Source of the DNA: Girardia tigrina
Taxonomy: Eukaryota
Assembly: GCA_001938485.1 (NCBI GenBank)
Contig: MQRK01247064.1
Span: forward strand, 1 to 58,465
Reading direction: 5' to 3'
Length of the DNA stretch: 58,465 nt
In this document: in pieces, positions 38,275 through 51,642 of the stretch
How positions within the stretch are numbered: position 1 is the stretch's first letter
Layout: each line of letters begins with the position of its first letter
The notes under the pieces: model-generated
The model's input: the letters and a program-made list of their open reading frames with translations, nothing else
Database searches by the model: none
Told to the model about the DNA's origin: nothing
Made by a program: the position numbers and the translations under genes

Positions 38275-39399
38275 GTAAATCGACTTTACTAAGTTTTCCC
38301 TTTGGCCTTCTCTTCTTTTACTTCTGATATACAGTTTAAGCAGCAGAACTTTTATATTTGCTTTTTGAAGGTTATAGAACCTAAAAATTCACTATTCAAT
38401 CTTTTTACTTTATAAAATCAATGAGGCGCTTATGAAGTATGTATGCAAATAACATTTGATGTTTCAAATGCTTTCGCTGTATAAAAAATAATTTAAAAAT
38501 CATTCAAAATAACCAAAAAACAAACGATACATACAAAGGTTCATGCAGGAAACACAAAAATGTACAAAAATTCAAAATTTCAAAAAATTGTAAAGGAGAG
38601 ATTTAATCAAATTAAATAAGACAAAATTTATATTTATATTTATAAACAGCGCTCTGAATCAGAACTTCTGATTAATGATAATAAACTTTAATCAATTATA
38701 AGGTAATTTATAAACAGTAACTTAAAACATTAGTTTCTTAGGGCAGATGAAATATTTATTATTAAAACAGATATTGCATATATTATTTTTAATTTATTAT
38801 ATTTTTGAAATAAATAAATAAATACTATTCTATCAAATTAAAAAAATATTTGTCTAAATATAAATTAAAAAATATTATCTTCATCAAGATCTATAAATAT
38901 TATTTATTTCAGCAATTTCTGTTATTGGAATGTTGGTTCATGATTTTAATAAAATATATAAAAAAATCGTGTTATAATTATTGTTGTATTTTTATTTAAT
39001 GCTCTAGCTTTTACCAACCCGAGGAACATCATGCGATATTAATAAAAATTAATCAAATTAAAAATTAAATAAATAAATAATCACTCTTGAATAAAATAAG
39101 AAAGATGTCTACAAATGTTTTCCAAAAAATATTCAAATTTGATATTTTGTTTACAAAAAGGAAAAGTAAACTAAAAGGAAATGTGATCAAATTAATTATT
39201 GAATAAAATAAGATTGAAAATAAAATGTTTACGAGTAATTATTTAAAATTATTTAAACTTGGTTTACGAAAATTGAACTGAAAATAATTATAATAATAAT
39301 GTATAAGTACCAATATAAAAAACAATAAATATTTATTTATGAGTGTATTTATTTCCGAGTATCGTATGAGAAATATGTTTTGTACGTTGATGACGAGAT

Positions 39400-39602
39400 T
39401 TTATATGATTATATTTTCCCTGGTGTTGATTATATTATAGTAGTGAGAATGTACAACGCTTGAGAAGGATGTTTCTCGATTACAAGCCTTCCATAATAGC
39501 TGCATGAGGACAGAACATAAGAAGACAAAACTCGACAAGATCCCGAATAAGGATATGGTGATCGGACTGACTGAAACAAGAGTTATTCTGGCCATAAGAG
39601 GC
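39400..39602 (+). mobile_element. RTE-like LINE post-RT fragment
   Basis: YYSSE..TTLEKDVSRLQAFHNSCMR..LDKIPNKD resembles the LLYGSE.W..RLQAFH..CLR..DRI.N motif. Confidence 0.6.
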
Positions 39603-39609
39603 TATATAA

Positions 39610-39645
<36 letters not shown>

Positions 39646-40242
39646 NNNNNNNNNNNNNNNNNNNNNNNNNNNNNNNNNNNNNNNNNNNNNNNNNNNNNNN
39701 NNNNNNNNNNNNNNNNNNNNNNNNNNNNNNNNNNNNNNNNNNNNNNNNNNNNNNNNNNNNNNNNNNNNNNNNNNNNNNNNNNNNNNNNNNNNNNNNNNNN
39801 NNNNNNNNNNNNNNNNNNNNNNNNNNNNNNNNNNNNNNNNNNNNNNNCACAATTTTAATAAATATAATTTAGTTTAAAAGGTAACAAATAAATTAAACAT
39901 TTTTATTTATGAAAATATTATTGGGTAATAATGACATAGATATTTTAATTTAATTAAAAATTTAAATGAAATGAAATAATAAAACATGAAATTATAAAAC
40001 TGTCAACACTGCATTTTCTTACTTTTCTTGTGATATAAATCTTAGACAACTCAACAACAACCAATTTCATCTATATAAAAATAAAAACCATCCGAGTGAT
40101 ACAATAATATCACACAGAACTTGTTGATGTTCAAAGCAATTATTCTTTCTGTACGTATATCTGTTTGTTGGTATATTATGTAACTATATAGTTCGTTATA
40201 TAAAAATTTATTTCTTATATCTTTTATCAATATTAGAGTTCA

Positions 40243-41210
40243 TTGAACTTTAATTTGTTCAGTAAGCTCTTTTACAAATACTATTCACGGAAGGGTAGGA
40301 CTGAGTTTCAAAGAGTTCTGAATTCTGAGATCGTCTATGAAAATTACAGAATCAACGTAAAAAGCAACATATTAGAGAAGGCATTGCTTGAAATGTGCTC
40401 TGCGTACTTTAACGATCCAACAGATTTTGCAGATCACAAGGAAAGTCGAAACGAAAGAGGATTTTTCGACAATTGAAATTTAAACACGTGATCAAAGAAA
40501 CCATATATGAGCCATTGAAAGAGGTAATCGAGCACAAAAAAGAATATCCGAAAATCAACCAAGTAGTAGTACAATCCGTTGTTTCTTTAAAGAATTTGCT
40601 GAGCTACACGAATTCATAAGACACAATAAGAACGTATATATGGCCACGGCTCCGACGACATAGAAATGTGGTGGTTCATTTATACGTCCTATGGAGAACT
40701 GCCACAAAAGTTATATAACTAATGAATGGCTAATACGGGATTTATTTATATGTCAGTGTCTATCAGTGTAACAGATGAGACTGTCCAGGAGTAATACCTA
40801 GTTTGGTACTGAGTTTTCCTATGGATAATATAAAGGCTAAGGGTGTGTTTTACTGTCCATTCCTCCGTTGAATTAAGTGTTTCTACAAGCAAAAGTTTTT
40901 AGAATCACAGAACAAAGGAACAGGATCAATCCTTTATAAGAGGAGAGCCGAAGTAAGCTCGTGCATTGAAAGCTCAAATTCTAGCATACGAAGCCGTATG
41001 AAAGGATCAGAAAACTTTGAATTTGTCAAATATTAATTTGTTAAATATTTATTAATTATAAATATTAATTATAATAAATATAGATATTATAATAAATATT
41101 AATTATCAAAATATTTTCTACCCTATACATAGTCTATGATTCACTACCAAATTCACTACTAGTATTGATTGTAATACACATTTATCCGTAACAGTCTGTG
41201 GAGGTTTAGA
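40243..41210 (+). mobile_element. zinc-finger-tailed LINE 3' end, copy 2 (decayed)
   Basis: Degenerate fingers MCSAYFNDPTDFADH and KEFAELHEFIRH. 40745-41030 and 41110-41210 align with 34870-35245, with an AT-rich insertion between them. Confidence 0.6.
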
Positions 41211-41326
41211 TGGTTATCTTTAGGTTGTTATCAAAGAGAATTATTGAAATTGTGTCTCAAGATTGTAGTAATTTTATACAGTATACAGAAATTTAAAAAA
41301 AAGAAAAGTGTTATTTTCCCCTTCTT

Positions 41327-41329
<3 letters not shown>

Positions 41330-41373
<44 letters not shown>
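41330..41373. repeat. (TA)n microsatellite
   Basis: Pure dinucleotide run. Confidence 0.95.
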
Positions 41374-41377
<4 letters not shown>

Positions 41378-43469
41378 TATATATATGTTTATAATTATTC
41401 TAAAGTGTGTTGCTTGTTTGTTTACCGGTCAGGTTATGATCAGAATGTGGAATTGCGGATGAACCCTAGAAAATTCACACAGTAACGTGATCAATCAGGA
41501 TAGTTTCGAGACAGTTCTATCGGTAAAGCGCCTTTGCCGAAAGACACCGGAAACCGACTTAATTGATCAACTGTTAAATCAACGCAGAAATCAAAACAAT
41601 AAATTATAATAATTACGATTTATAAAATTTAAACAGAAACTTTCAGCCGAAAATTCAGCTTACCAGTCATTTATGACAGGTCTTTTTCTAGCAATTATAT
41701 AATAATTAAAATTCAATATTTTAATTTTCATTGCAATCTATAAAATAAAATACAATATATAAAATACTTAAGTTCATAATTCTAATAATTAATAGTTTTG
41801 CGATTTGTGTTTGCTAGCAAATACAACAGTCCGACAAATTAGTATAATCTGGCAACTTACCGAAAATTTATCACTATGACCGACTTTTTCCACTTCATAA
41901 TTATTATTGCTACTGATTAGTTTCAATAATTGGTCAAAAAAGGAATATTATTGTAGTGATCTTCCTTATATTATATAAATATGAAAATTAATTTAAAAAA
42001 TCGATTTAAATATAGATTGTTTTTATAATTGTAATTATAGTTTATTTGGAATAACTATTTTTTATTGTTCTGTGGAATTTTTACTAAAAGTAGAGATATC
42101 CAAAGAGAAAAGAATCCTCCACAATTATCATTTTGACGGATAGTTTAACAAATAATTATTATTTTGTTTGATTAATTCATATTTTGTTTTTAACTGAAGC
42201 TTATCTTTGTGATTCAGTATTTCAATTAATTATTGTCATTCTGATTAACTACCTCAATCATTTGAACTGAAATGTTATTTAATTACAAGTTCTACAGGAA
42301 ATAATTTTTACATTTCCTTTGACTCTCACTTTTGTCTGATACCTCGATTCGGCATTTGATTTCTTGTTCTTTCGAACTTATCTTTTCAATTATTAAACTA
42401 TTTTTATTGTATTTTCTCGTTTGAAATTATATTTTAATTAACGAACTTTTATTCAGTATTTGTGAAATTAAAATGAAATTGTACTAAATATTGACTGTTA
42501 TTTATCACTGACAAGAATATTTACTACAATAATAATAAAAAGATGACTGAAGTGGTGGTATCCGGATCGAGCGTTGAAGTCCAACACGTCGTACTACTGC
42601 GGGAAACTGTCACTTGGCGGGATGGATAGGCCGAACTAGTACCGACTAGAATTTAATGGGACTCGGCTGGCATTGGTCGTACCGCGTCCCCGTTGCTGAG
42701 ACCAACAATAACACTCGATATGGTGGATGATCGTCATCGAATTGTGTATGGCAATGGTGCAAGTGGTCCGGATATTTTCAAACGAATTCATTGATAGAAA
42801 CTTTCAGTGACAAAATAATATCGAATTATCACACGTATTTATTTAGCAGTAAAATACAATTGAAATTTGTCACACATTTTATTATTTATTTAGTTCCGTT
42901 AAATAAAATGTTTTTGTTGATGTTTTTTAGAGCATCGCAATGACATTATCATTAGTTACAATAATAGTAATTATTATTATTTATTTATTATTAATACTGT
43001 CACAATTTTTATTAAAAAAGTTACTTTATATAATAATTGTTTTCAATGTTTTAAAACTTAAATATAAAAAAATGAGAGTGGAATTTACTTTTATTTATTT
43101 AGTTTTAATAAATATAAATTTTCATTTATTATTACATAATTATTATAATTATAACTATAAACGTAATTATGACTTTTTTATTATTCTTGAATTTCCGGTT
43201 CTGAGAATTTTAACGGTACACTTAGCACATCAATAATAAATATGCTTTAAAATTAATAAAAACAATTAATTTCCCAACATTACTTTGTTTTTTTCCATCC
43301 CATTAAGGATCATATATTTCCTCTTGTGTTTTCTAGATTTTCCAAATCTGTTAGTGTATTGATAACTGCTTTAATAAGCAAAGTGTCGTTATAGTCTGCT
43401 AACTCGTTTCATTCTCTGGTGTTTCAGATCTTTTGATATCCAACTCATATCTCTCAATTATTATCTTAC

Positions 43470-43830
43470 TTTTTGATAATTTTGAGGGAGTAAAATACTT
43501 TTGTAAAATTGATCTTGATGCAGGGATATTAAACATATGTCATACAGAGTGTGATTAAGAGAAAACAGCGTTCAGTAAAAGAATATTCAATTGGAAGTTT
43601 TTGAGATTACCAATTCGCTTAGCAGAAGTACCGGCAACTTTCTAAAGAGTTAAAGAAGTAATATTAAAGGACGACGACTGGAGGCAATATTGAATATATT
43701 TGTATTATATACTACAAGATACAAGACGAACACCTGGCCAGACCGCGATAGGTATTATCCAAAATCTAGGAAGCCGGCTGAAATTTCATATTAATTTCAG
43801 GAAAATGTAATCGCTATTGTGACTCGAGAT
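43470..43830 (+). mobile_element. Gypsy reverse transcriptase relic
   Basis: DNFEGVKYFCKIDLDAG..D*EKTAFS..FLRLPIRLAEVPATF*R..IYLYYI, the last being a degenerate YLDD. Confidence 0.8.
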
Positions 43831-45589
43831 ATTCAATTATTTTATTTTTTTTATTTCGAATTCTTTTTGATGTTCAGATATGCATTTAAAAAATCTTAAT
43901 ACGTTAAATTAGTTCTACAAATATTATTAATCTTCTAAAATTTAAAGATACAATACCTGTTCAAAAATAATAAAATTTTTATTTAAAAATAAATAAAGAA
44001 TAAATATTAATATATGATATTTTAATAATATTTAGTGTCTTTTTTGTCAACCTTTGTTGAAAAGTAAAATTATATTTAATGAAATTAATGATTTTTTTCA
44101 TTTTATTTTCGTGTCTAAAATTTTTTTTAATATTTTCAAACATAAATGAACAATTTCTAAACATTTTGCAAAGGTATTTTATAGAAATTATAATATTTGA
44201 ACAATATGATTTTCATTTCATGAATAATTTATACTTTGATAATAATATAATGGGTTATAAATCAATAGGCAAAAATGTCCTGCAAAATTTAATTTATGTC
44301 AGAAAATTAATTATACTCAATGATTCTGTTGCATAGACATCATATTTTAATTATTATTTATTTAAAAATTTTATTTATTTGCTTTAATGACAAAAATGTC
44401 CTCATTTAAAAAATTGTACTAAATAACTTTTGTGTCGTTTTAATTCAAAATAATTTTTTAAAAAATTTTCAAAATTAAATCATTTTAATAAGATTATCAA
44501 TGAAATTAATTAATTTTTTTATTATAATTTTACAATTAATTATTTTTTTGATATATATATATATATATATATATCTGTACATTTATCGTTATTTATTTAA
44601 TAATAATATTAAAATAATTTTTTGAGAATCAAAAACAATTTAATTACTATGATCTAATTTTAAATTACCAAGTCTCCTTATTTTAATAAATTATTTTTTA
44701 ATTAAAATGAAGAATAAAGTTATACCTTGTTTATTTTCAAAGAATCCGTCAGTGAAAAGAAAATATGTGCATAAATATATAATAAAATGAAGCATTTTTC
44801 TAAATAAATAACTGTAATAATCTAATTAGTAAATGATAGAGAAATTGAAAATATATTCTATTGTCATACTTTTATAGAATCAAAAAATATAATATATAAT
44901 GCTAAAACAAATGGTGAAATTTTATTTTTTGGATTTATCCAATGAGAGTTTATAATTATAGTATGTGGATTTAAATTTGTTTTAATGTGACATTTTATTG
45001 CTCTCATGATTATTGGAAGGTTTTATGTAGATAAAACATAAAAGCACTATTCAAAAAAATAAAACTGAAAACTTTATTAAAACAAATAACTTTTCTAATA
45101 ATAAAATTTGTTTAAAAAAAACAAATAAATTCACTACAATAAAAAATGAGTTTCATAATAATGAAATTATAATGGTTATAATATTTGTTTTAATGAAACG
45201 AAATAACTGACTGTTTTTTAGGGATTATCGTATTATAAAACAAAAAAAGTCAAAAACAATTAATAAATTTGAATTTCATTTCAAATAAAATTCTGTGAAT
45301 ATTTAACAAAAAAAATTAGAAATTTTAACAAAATTTAAATTAAAAATTAAATCTAAAAATATTTGGATATTAAATAGATTAACGTTGTTAGTTCGATTAT
45401 TATAGATTATGGACGTGCGTATCAAGCCCTCTGGAAGTTAGAGTAGTACTTGGAAAAATACATGGAACTTTTAGTAAGTCCCTAGCCTAACATATAGGAA
45501 ATATTAAGCATATAATTCATTTTCATTTACAAACAATATGTAACTAAATAGAGTTTATTTTTCGAGATATTGCCAACAGATCTTTTCCT

Positions 45590-46185
45590 GTGGACTTTTA
45601 ACTCCTCAAAAGCCTTTTCAGAGAAAATACGCTTATATTTCCTTAAAAATATACGAACATTGTTAATGAAATTGTTTCTTTTATCAAACTTAAAGCCCCT
45701 CAAATGCTTCTTAAAATACCTGAACGTTTAGAAATTGCTAAGTTTAAGCTAAATGGTGGATGATTCAATAAGGAATACTTTGGATTAATATTGTCCTCTC
45801 ATCCTTTAAGGTATTTAGTCAGAAGCTTCTTAGAAGTACTAGGGTGCTAGTTGTACATTCATCGCATCATTTTTCAGCATGATTTTTTCACCAGGCATAC
45901 CTGTAAAGCTATCTTACAGAAATCACGGGTACACCACGATTCATAGCTGTTCTCAAATTTGAGTACCACCGATCAGCCATATAGCCTTCACATCCTGTAT
46001 GTTAAGTACCCTTTTAAATAAATTACAAAACCACTAGTACTAGCATTTACTGCCGCTATATTGAAAATTATTTTGGCTGGCTTTCAAACGCTTTAGTTTA
46101 TAGAGGGAATCAAACCCTCGCTCAAGTTGTCTATGGATGCTTCAGTCACTGTTCTACAATGCATGAGTTTTATCATCCGTGACGA
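45590..46185 (-). mobile_element. tRNA-headed retroelement, copy 2, possibly continuing into an APE-like ORF start
   Basis: B-box-like GGTTTGATTCCC. Head CACGGATGATAAAACTCATGCATT versus CACGCGTGTTAAAATTCGTACATT in copy 1, plus a shared AATACCTT.AAG block. Confidence 0.45.
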
Positions 46186-47490
46186 TTTAATTTGTTGATA
46201 AGATTAATTTTAACTATATAATATGTTTTGATATCACTGTAAAGACGCCTCTCCGTTGAGTTGTCGGTGTTTGAGCAGCGTAGAGGAACCATGTTTTTAA
46301 GATTGTTCTCTGAAAACTAGAGACCAGGTGTCCATACTATTGATTTCTCCGGTCATCATTAAAGTGCTCTCTCAACGGTTATTGTTTGCCATCACTTTCT
46401 ATATATGTTTCAAATTTTCTTGTAATGATATGCATGTTTTGGAAAAATAAAAAACGATTTGCATGATCTTAAATTTATTTTGTGTACTAAATATATATAA
46501 TATGGTTGTTTTACTTGATAATAAAACATTACATATAATTAATAGATAATAAACAATGCTTATTTTTTGAAAATATATTCAAATACCCATTGATATAACA
46601 TCGTTCCTTATACGTTCCAGACAGATTTCTGAAGCACGAATTGATAATGTATAAATGTATCTCTTTTGAAAATAATTTATATGTATTGTTTTAAACATAT
46701 TATATCATTTTTACAGAAAAACAGTTATTATTTTAATAACAATACTTTGATAAAGTTAATAAATTTCTATTATTTCTTTTAGAAAAAAGTATTTTTATTG
46801 TGAAAGATTTTCGTACAAATTAAATTAATCAAAGCTTTTTCTTCATGTAAATAATAATATTAATAATAGATCAATTTACTTAATATAATAATTTCTTTTA
46901 TTTAGAATAAATAAAATGTTGTACAAAATTATAAATTTGTTCAGCATTTTTAAATATATAATATTTATCCATTAATTGGAATTAAAAAATATAAAAAGAA
47001 TGAAATTTAAATGAATTATATTCATTCAATTGTTTTTTGTTCTGTTGTAAGTAGCAAAATGTATACAGTGTATCGATGAAATGTATAAAACTCTAATAAA
47101 GTTATGTCTCATATATAATTATAATCATTATTATTATTATTACTATTATGTATTATTACTATTACTATTACAGTTATTATAAGTTTACAAACAGAAAAAA
47201 TATGAAATTTGTAACTTTACGGAAATAGTAAATTGATTAAGCCTTCATTTAAATGTAAATAATTATTTACTGACTTTTTCTAAAATAATTCTATACTGTT
47301 GTGAAGTGTTCTCAAAAAGGAAAAAGTGAAAAAGTGTTACTTGTTTTTTTGGTATTATAAAAAGGAGGTTGACCGGACTGAAATCATTAGGAGATACATG
47401 TGAAAGAAATAGGATCTGGAAGAATGAGCAAGAGCATTTCCTTAATGCCCTTTTGCTAATCAAGTCATCAATCGTCTTAGAACAGGTGCA

Positions 47491-47493
<3 letters not shown>

Positions 47494-47535
<42 letters not shown>
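47494..47535. repeat. (AT)n microsatellite at gap edge
   Basis: Pure run followed by Ns. Confidence 0.9.
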
Positions 47536-48120
47536 NNNNNNNNNNNNNNNNNNNNNNNNNNNNNNNNNNNNNNNNNNNNNNNNNNNNNNNNNNNNNNNNN
47601 NNNNNNNNNNNNNNNNNNNNNNNNNNATGCTTAAATGTTCAAAGTGAATTATCCAATCATATTAAAATCTTTTAATATTAAAAAAAAAAAGATTAATTGC
47701 GTAATAGTCAATGTGCCATATAAATGACTTGTAATTTGAAATTTATTTCACAACTGATGATGCCGTAATGGGGAAACATGTTTTGGGAAATAAAAAACTT
47801 TTAAAATGGCGTTTTTTATTTTTATTTTTTACAAATAAATTGCCATTAAATCTTAATGTTATATATATATATATGGTGTCTCGATAATTTCCAGACTTAA
47901 ACTTGCAGCATCGCAATGTTATATATTCCTTCTTTTCTTTTGGTTTCATAGCCAAAAACTGTTAGATGTACACCTGTTGTCATAATGCCATGCCATAATG
48001 ACATTTAGAAATGGGAAATTTTCAATTTTATTTTTATGTCGTTTTGACAATTTTATTTTGACGTTATGATTTCGTAATGATTTTAATGTAAGTTTTATTT
48101 TATTGAAAATATTAACAAGA

Positions 48121-48785
48121 AACAGTTAGAAATATTTTGAATGTTTGGTGTTTTGTTTGGCATGTTATATGTTGATTTGGCATTGTGTCTCTCCAACTCA
48201 GATGGCTGATTAATATTTTAATTCTTATCATCTGAAAATATGTCATGTTTAAATTTATTTATAATTTAAAATAATTATAAAATTTTAAATAAGTTAATTA
48301 TTTTTATTTACAATTTTTAAATAAACAAATTGAATTAATATTTTTTAAATAATTAATAAACATTTTAATTTTAAGCCAATAAAATTTGGAAAAGGAATTT
48401 AAAAATTTTTATAAATCTCCATTTGCTCAGGTAATAAGATTAAAGTCATTAATTAATCAGACGGATGCAATTGTACGAATGTTTTGTCAAAGATTGTCAT
48501 AGAGACAATGAAATTTGTAATATTAATAAAATATTAAAAGTCATATTGTTGTTCTTAATAGACACTAGTCGAGAATAGCTGATCAAAAAGGAACAACACT
48601 TATCTTACAAAGCACAAATATTCCTAAAAAAACTGGAAGTTTACATGAAAAATCCGTTTTCAAAAATTTTTTAAATAAATTTGATGGGCCTTTCAAATGG
48701 ATTATCTTGACCTACAGCACAGCTTTAATATCAGTACCGAATAAAAAATTACGTAAACTTAAGAAGGATCACTTTAGTTAAAAGC
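48121..48785. repeat. repeated bidirectional unit, copy C (inverted, internally deleted)
   Basis: 48121-48240 is the reverse complement of the 6793-6905 arm. 48417-48560 (MQLYECFVKDCHRDNEICNINK..SHIVVLNR) matches 6469-6620. TCACTTTAGTTAA at 48769-48781 matches 5389-5401. Confidence 0.85.
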
Positions 48786-48829
48786 CGAATGGAAAAAAAG
48801 TCATAATCAATTTAGAAGGGACTTGTATA

Positions 48830-49400
48830 CTAGGGTGATTCAAAAGTTTTTTCGTTTTTATATGCCTTACGTTGTGACAGATATTTTATATGAATATTAT
48901 ATTTTGGCATTATTATTTTTATATTATTTATTATGGAATTGCATGAAGAATTTCCTTGTATAGTTGTATAGTTGATTTATTCAGTGAATATTTGTTTTGA
49001 TTATTTTTATCAGTTTATGCAGAGCGAAGAATACGGAATTTGAGTCTTTTTGCGACATTACTGGAAAAAAAAGGCTTCAAAGCAGTTGCTAAAGCCCGGA
49101 AAATTTATGAAGTAGAAGGCGGTCAGTTTTCATGGGTCACAATTATGGTTCAAGCGATTCTCAAGTGGTAGCGTCAATTTGGGAGGCGAATCTCACTCTT
49201 GGCGATCATCTATTGTTGATAATGACGCTTTACGTCATTATGATAGCTGTGAAGGAGGAGCCCTGTACTAGCATGCGGAGATTATTAGCAGATATTAGTT
49301 CTTCACAACCTACTATTCAACATCATCTTCATTAGCTTGACCATGTCAATAGACGGTGTCGACGAATTCCTCAAGAACTTACAGCCACTCTTTCAAGGAA
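48830..49400 (+). mobile_element. mariner-like 5' fragment
   Basis: TA-CTAGGGTGATTCAAAAG end. Protein reads MQSEEYGI..LRHYWKK..KARKIYEVEG..WFKRFSSG..IVDNDALR..EEPCTSMRRL..PTIQHHL..IPQELT. Confidence 0.8.
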
Positions 49401-49409
49401 TTATTAATT

Positions 49410-50035
49410 CAATAAAATGTGGGCCTCCCTTCTCTTTCGAATGGTATTGAGCCGCTAGACTCTTTAGAGGGTCCACTCAAACTTAAGAGTGCTAGCTGCA
49501 CCCCGATAGGCCTCTTACGGGGTCGGATCACTTCAGTTTCCGAGATCTCTTTGGCTTCCCTGTTACAAACGACCAATTATGTACTGTGGTACCATGAATG
49601 AGCCTTCCATTGACTGTGTTAGTGGACTTAGCACAGATTTGAAAGGGGCACTTAAACTCTCCCATCGCTGTTGAGTCAGTGATCCTTAAAGTCAAGTGCG
49701 TATCTTCATGATATATCGTTTGCTCCACCACCATTGAGATAGTCGGAGGTTATGTCACTAACCGAGAATTGGTAGTTTTTATATCTTGTGGTGTGTCTGC
49801 TTCTGTTGTATTGCTTCCTTCATTTGTTGTACTTGTTGTCAATTGAACTTGACGTTTTTCCTATGTGTTCATTTCTACTCTGTGATCCTTATTTAGATAT
49901 CTTATTAGCAATTCTCTTGTCTTATATCTTTTGTTGCATTTGTGGCATTTAAACATGTTAGCTCCGTCCGGTTCTTCCTGATCACCTCTCTTTATATGAT
50001 CCCTCTTCATGTACCCTATCAATTGTATTAAATCT
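49410..50035 (-). mobile_element. zinc-finger-tailed LINE 3' end, copy 3 (distant relative) with structured 3' UTR
   Basis: FKCHKCNKRYKTRELLIRYLNKDH and FKCPFQICAKSTNTVNGRLIHGTTVHNWSFVTGKPKRSRKLK*. It has the same HGT..H.WSF..KPKR.R.LK ending as copy 1. Confidence 0.65.
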
Positions 50036-51642
50036 AACACCTTCTAAGAACATTTTATTTTTATTTTTAATTTTTTTTATAATTTACTTATTCATAAATT
50101 ATTAAAGAATAAAAATTTATTTTAATAATTATTTTTTATAATTTTTATTTATTATTTATATTGTATAGATTTTTTAAAATTTGTCCATTTAACAGCTCTG
50201 AAGTACTAACAATTAATTTATAAAAGAAAAAAATATTAAAATGTATTAATATATAATAAATTTTTTATCGTAAATTTTGAAACATAAATTTTTGGAAATA
50301 CTCTTTTAGTTTTGATTATTATACGATTTCTTTAAGTTGATCTTTTTCATGGCAAACTTCATTTATAAAAGTAGTTTTAAAAGATAATAGGAAAATATTT
50401 TTCACAGGAATATTGTGATTTTACTTCATCAATTTTCATTTAAATTGCTTGAGAAAAAATTAAAAATAAATTTTCTCATCTTGAAAATATTTGAACGACT
50501 TTATTGTTAAAAAATATATTATAAAAAATAATATTTTTATTATTTAATTCAGATAAATATATTAATTTTTAATTATTTAATATTTGTATGTAATTTTAAA
50601 TTAATGTGAAATAAAAAGTTAAAATTAATATGAAATAGTAAATTTATTTCCATTTCAAAAGCAAAAAATGACGAAATATTAACCGAAATTTTATTAAAAT
50701 AAATAAATTAATTTTAGTACGTTTTACTAATGATTTTTTTCTTTTATTTCCAACAAAAATAAACGAATTTTTCTCAAAAGATATCCATTTGCTTGAGTAT
50801 TATTATGGGACTTCTAACGAGGAAAAAAGACAATATATAAAAGCATATTTGTCGGCGCAACCAATTCAAAACGGAAATAAATTTCGGTTAATATTTAAAA
50901 GCTTCAACTAGTTCAGATTTAATAAAGATTATTGATTGACTTTTATGATGATGATTAAAACAAAGCCGTTTTAAAGTAGCAATCTCAAAATATAATTAAA
51001 TATAATTAAATATAATATAATATAATCTCAAAATATAAATAGTAAGAAAAAATTTATTATTTTTAATTGATCAACAATTTTATATTTCAACTTGAATAAA
51101 AATAATTAAGGATATTTTGTCGTTTTATCATTTTGAATTTTTTTATTTTAGAAAAGAACTTGTTCGAGAAACGGAACAAATATTTTTGATTTATTTAGAT
51201 ATTAAAATTATTTTAATTTGTAAAGATTTATTTTTTGAAAGTTTTGAAAATTTTTTTGAAGATCAAAAGTTTCAAAAAATTATATGTACAAAAAATATTT
51301 TGGATGTTAAACTTATGTTCTATCAGCAAAAACTTATTATTCTAAGTAACAAAAGATATGAGGTATTACTAATTTCAGAATTGTACATTTAAATTAATAT
51401 TTTTTTGTAATTTATCGAACATTAAATCATTACCACTGCACCTAAACAGTCGCTATGTAAATTTTATCTGTAAAGTAAACAACGAAGTCACTGAAACTAA
51501 GTCAGTTTGCTGCAATATGAGTTTGATCTAAGTCATGATCCTAAAATCGTTTCCACAAACATAAATAATGCCAATTTTCGACACGCTGTGAACAAACGAA
51601 CAACTTACAGATGGTTTGTCCTATTCAACGAAGACAACACTG

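Noticed and set aside
42940-43236. Hydrophobic I/L/F/K/N-rich ORFs (also 14481, 27773, 44079, 51117, 58084)
   Set aside because: Their composition is what random extremely AT-rich DNA produces; there are no motifs, and several rely on non-ATG starts.
48570-48780. PARN/RRM-like reading (TTLILQSTNIPK..FKWIILTYSTALISV)
   Set aside because: The resemblance is vague, and homology with copy A supports a different frame (MDYLDLQH vs LNYVDRQH).
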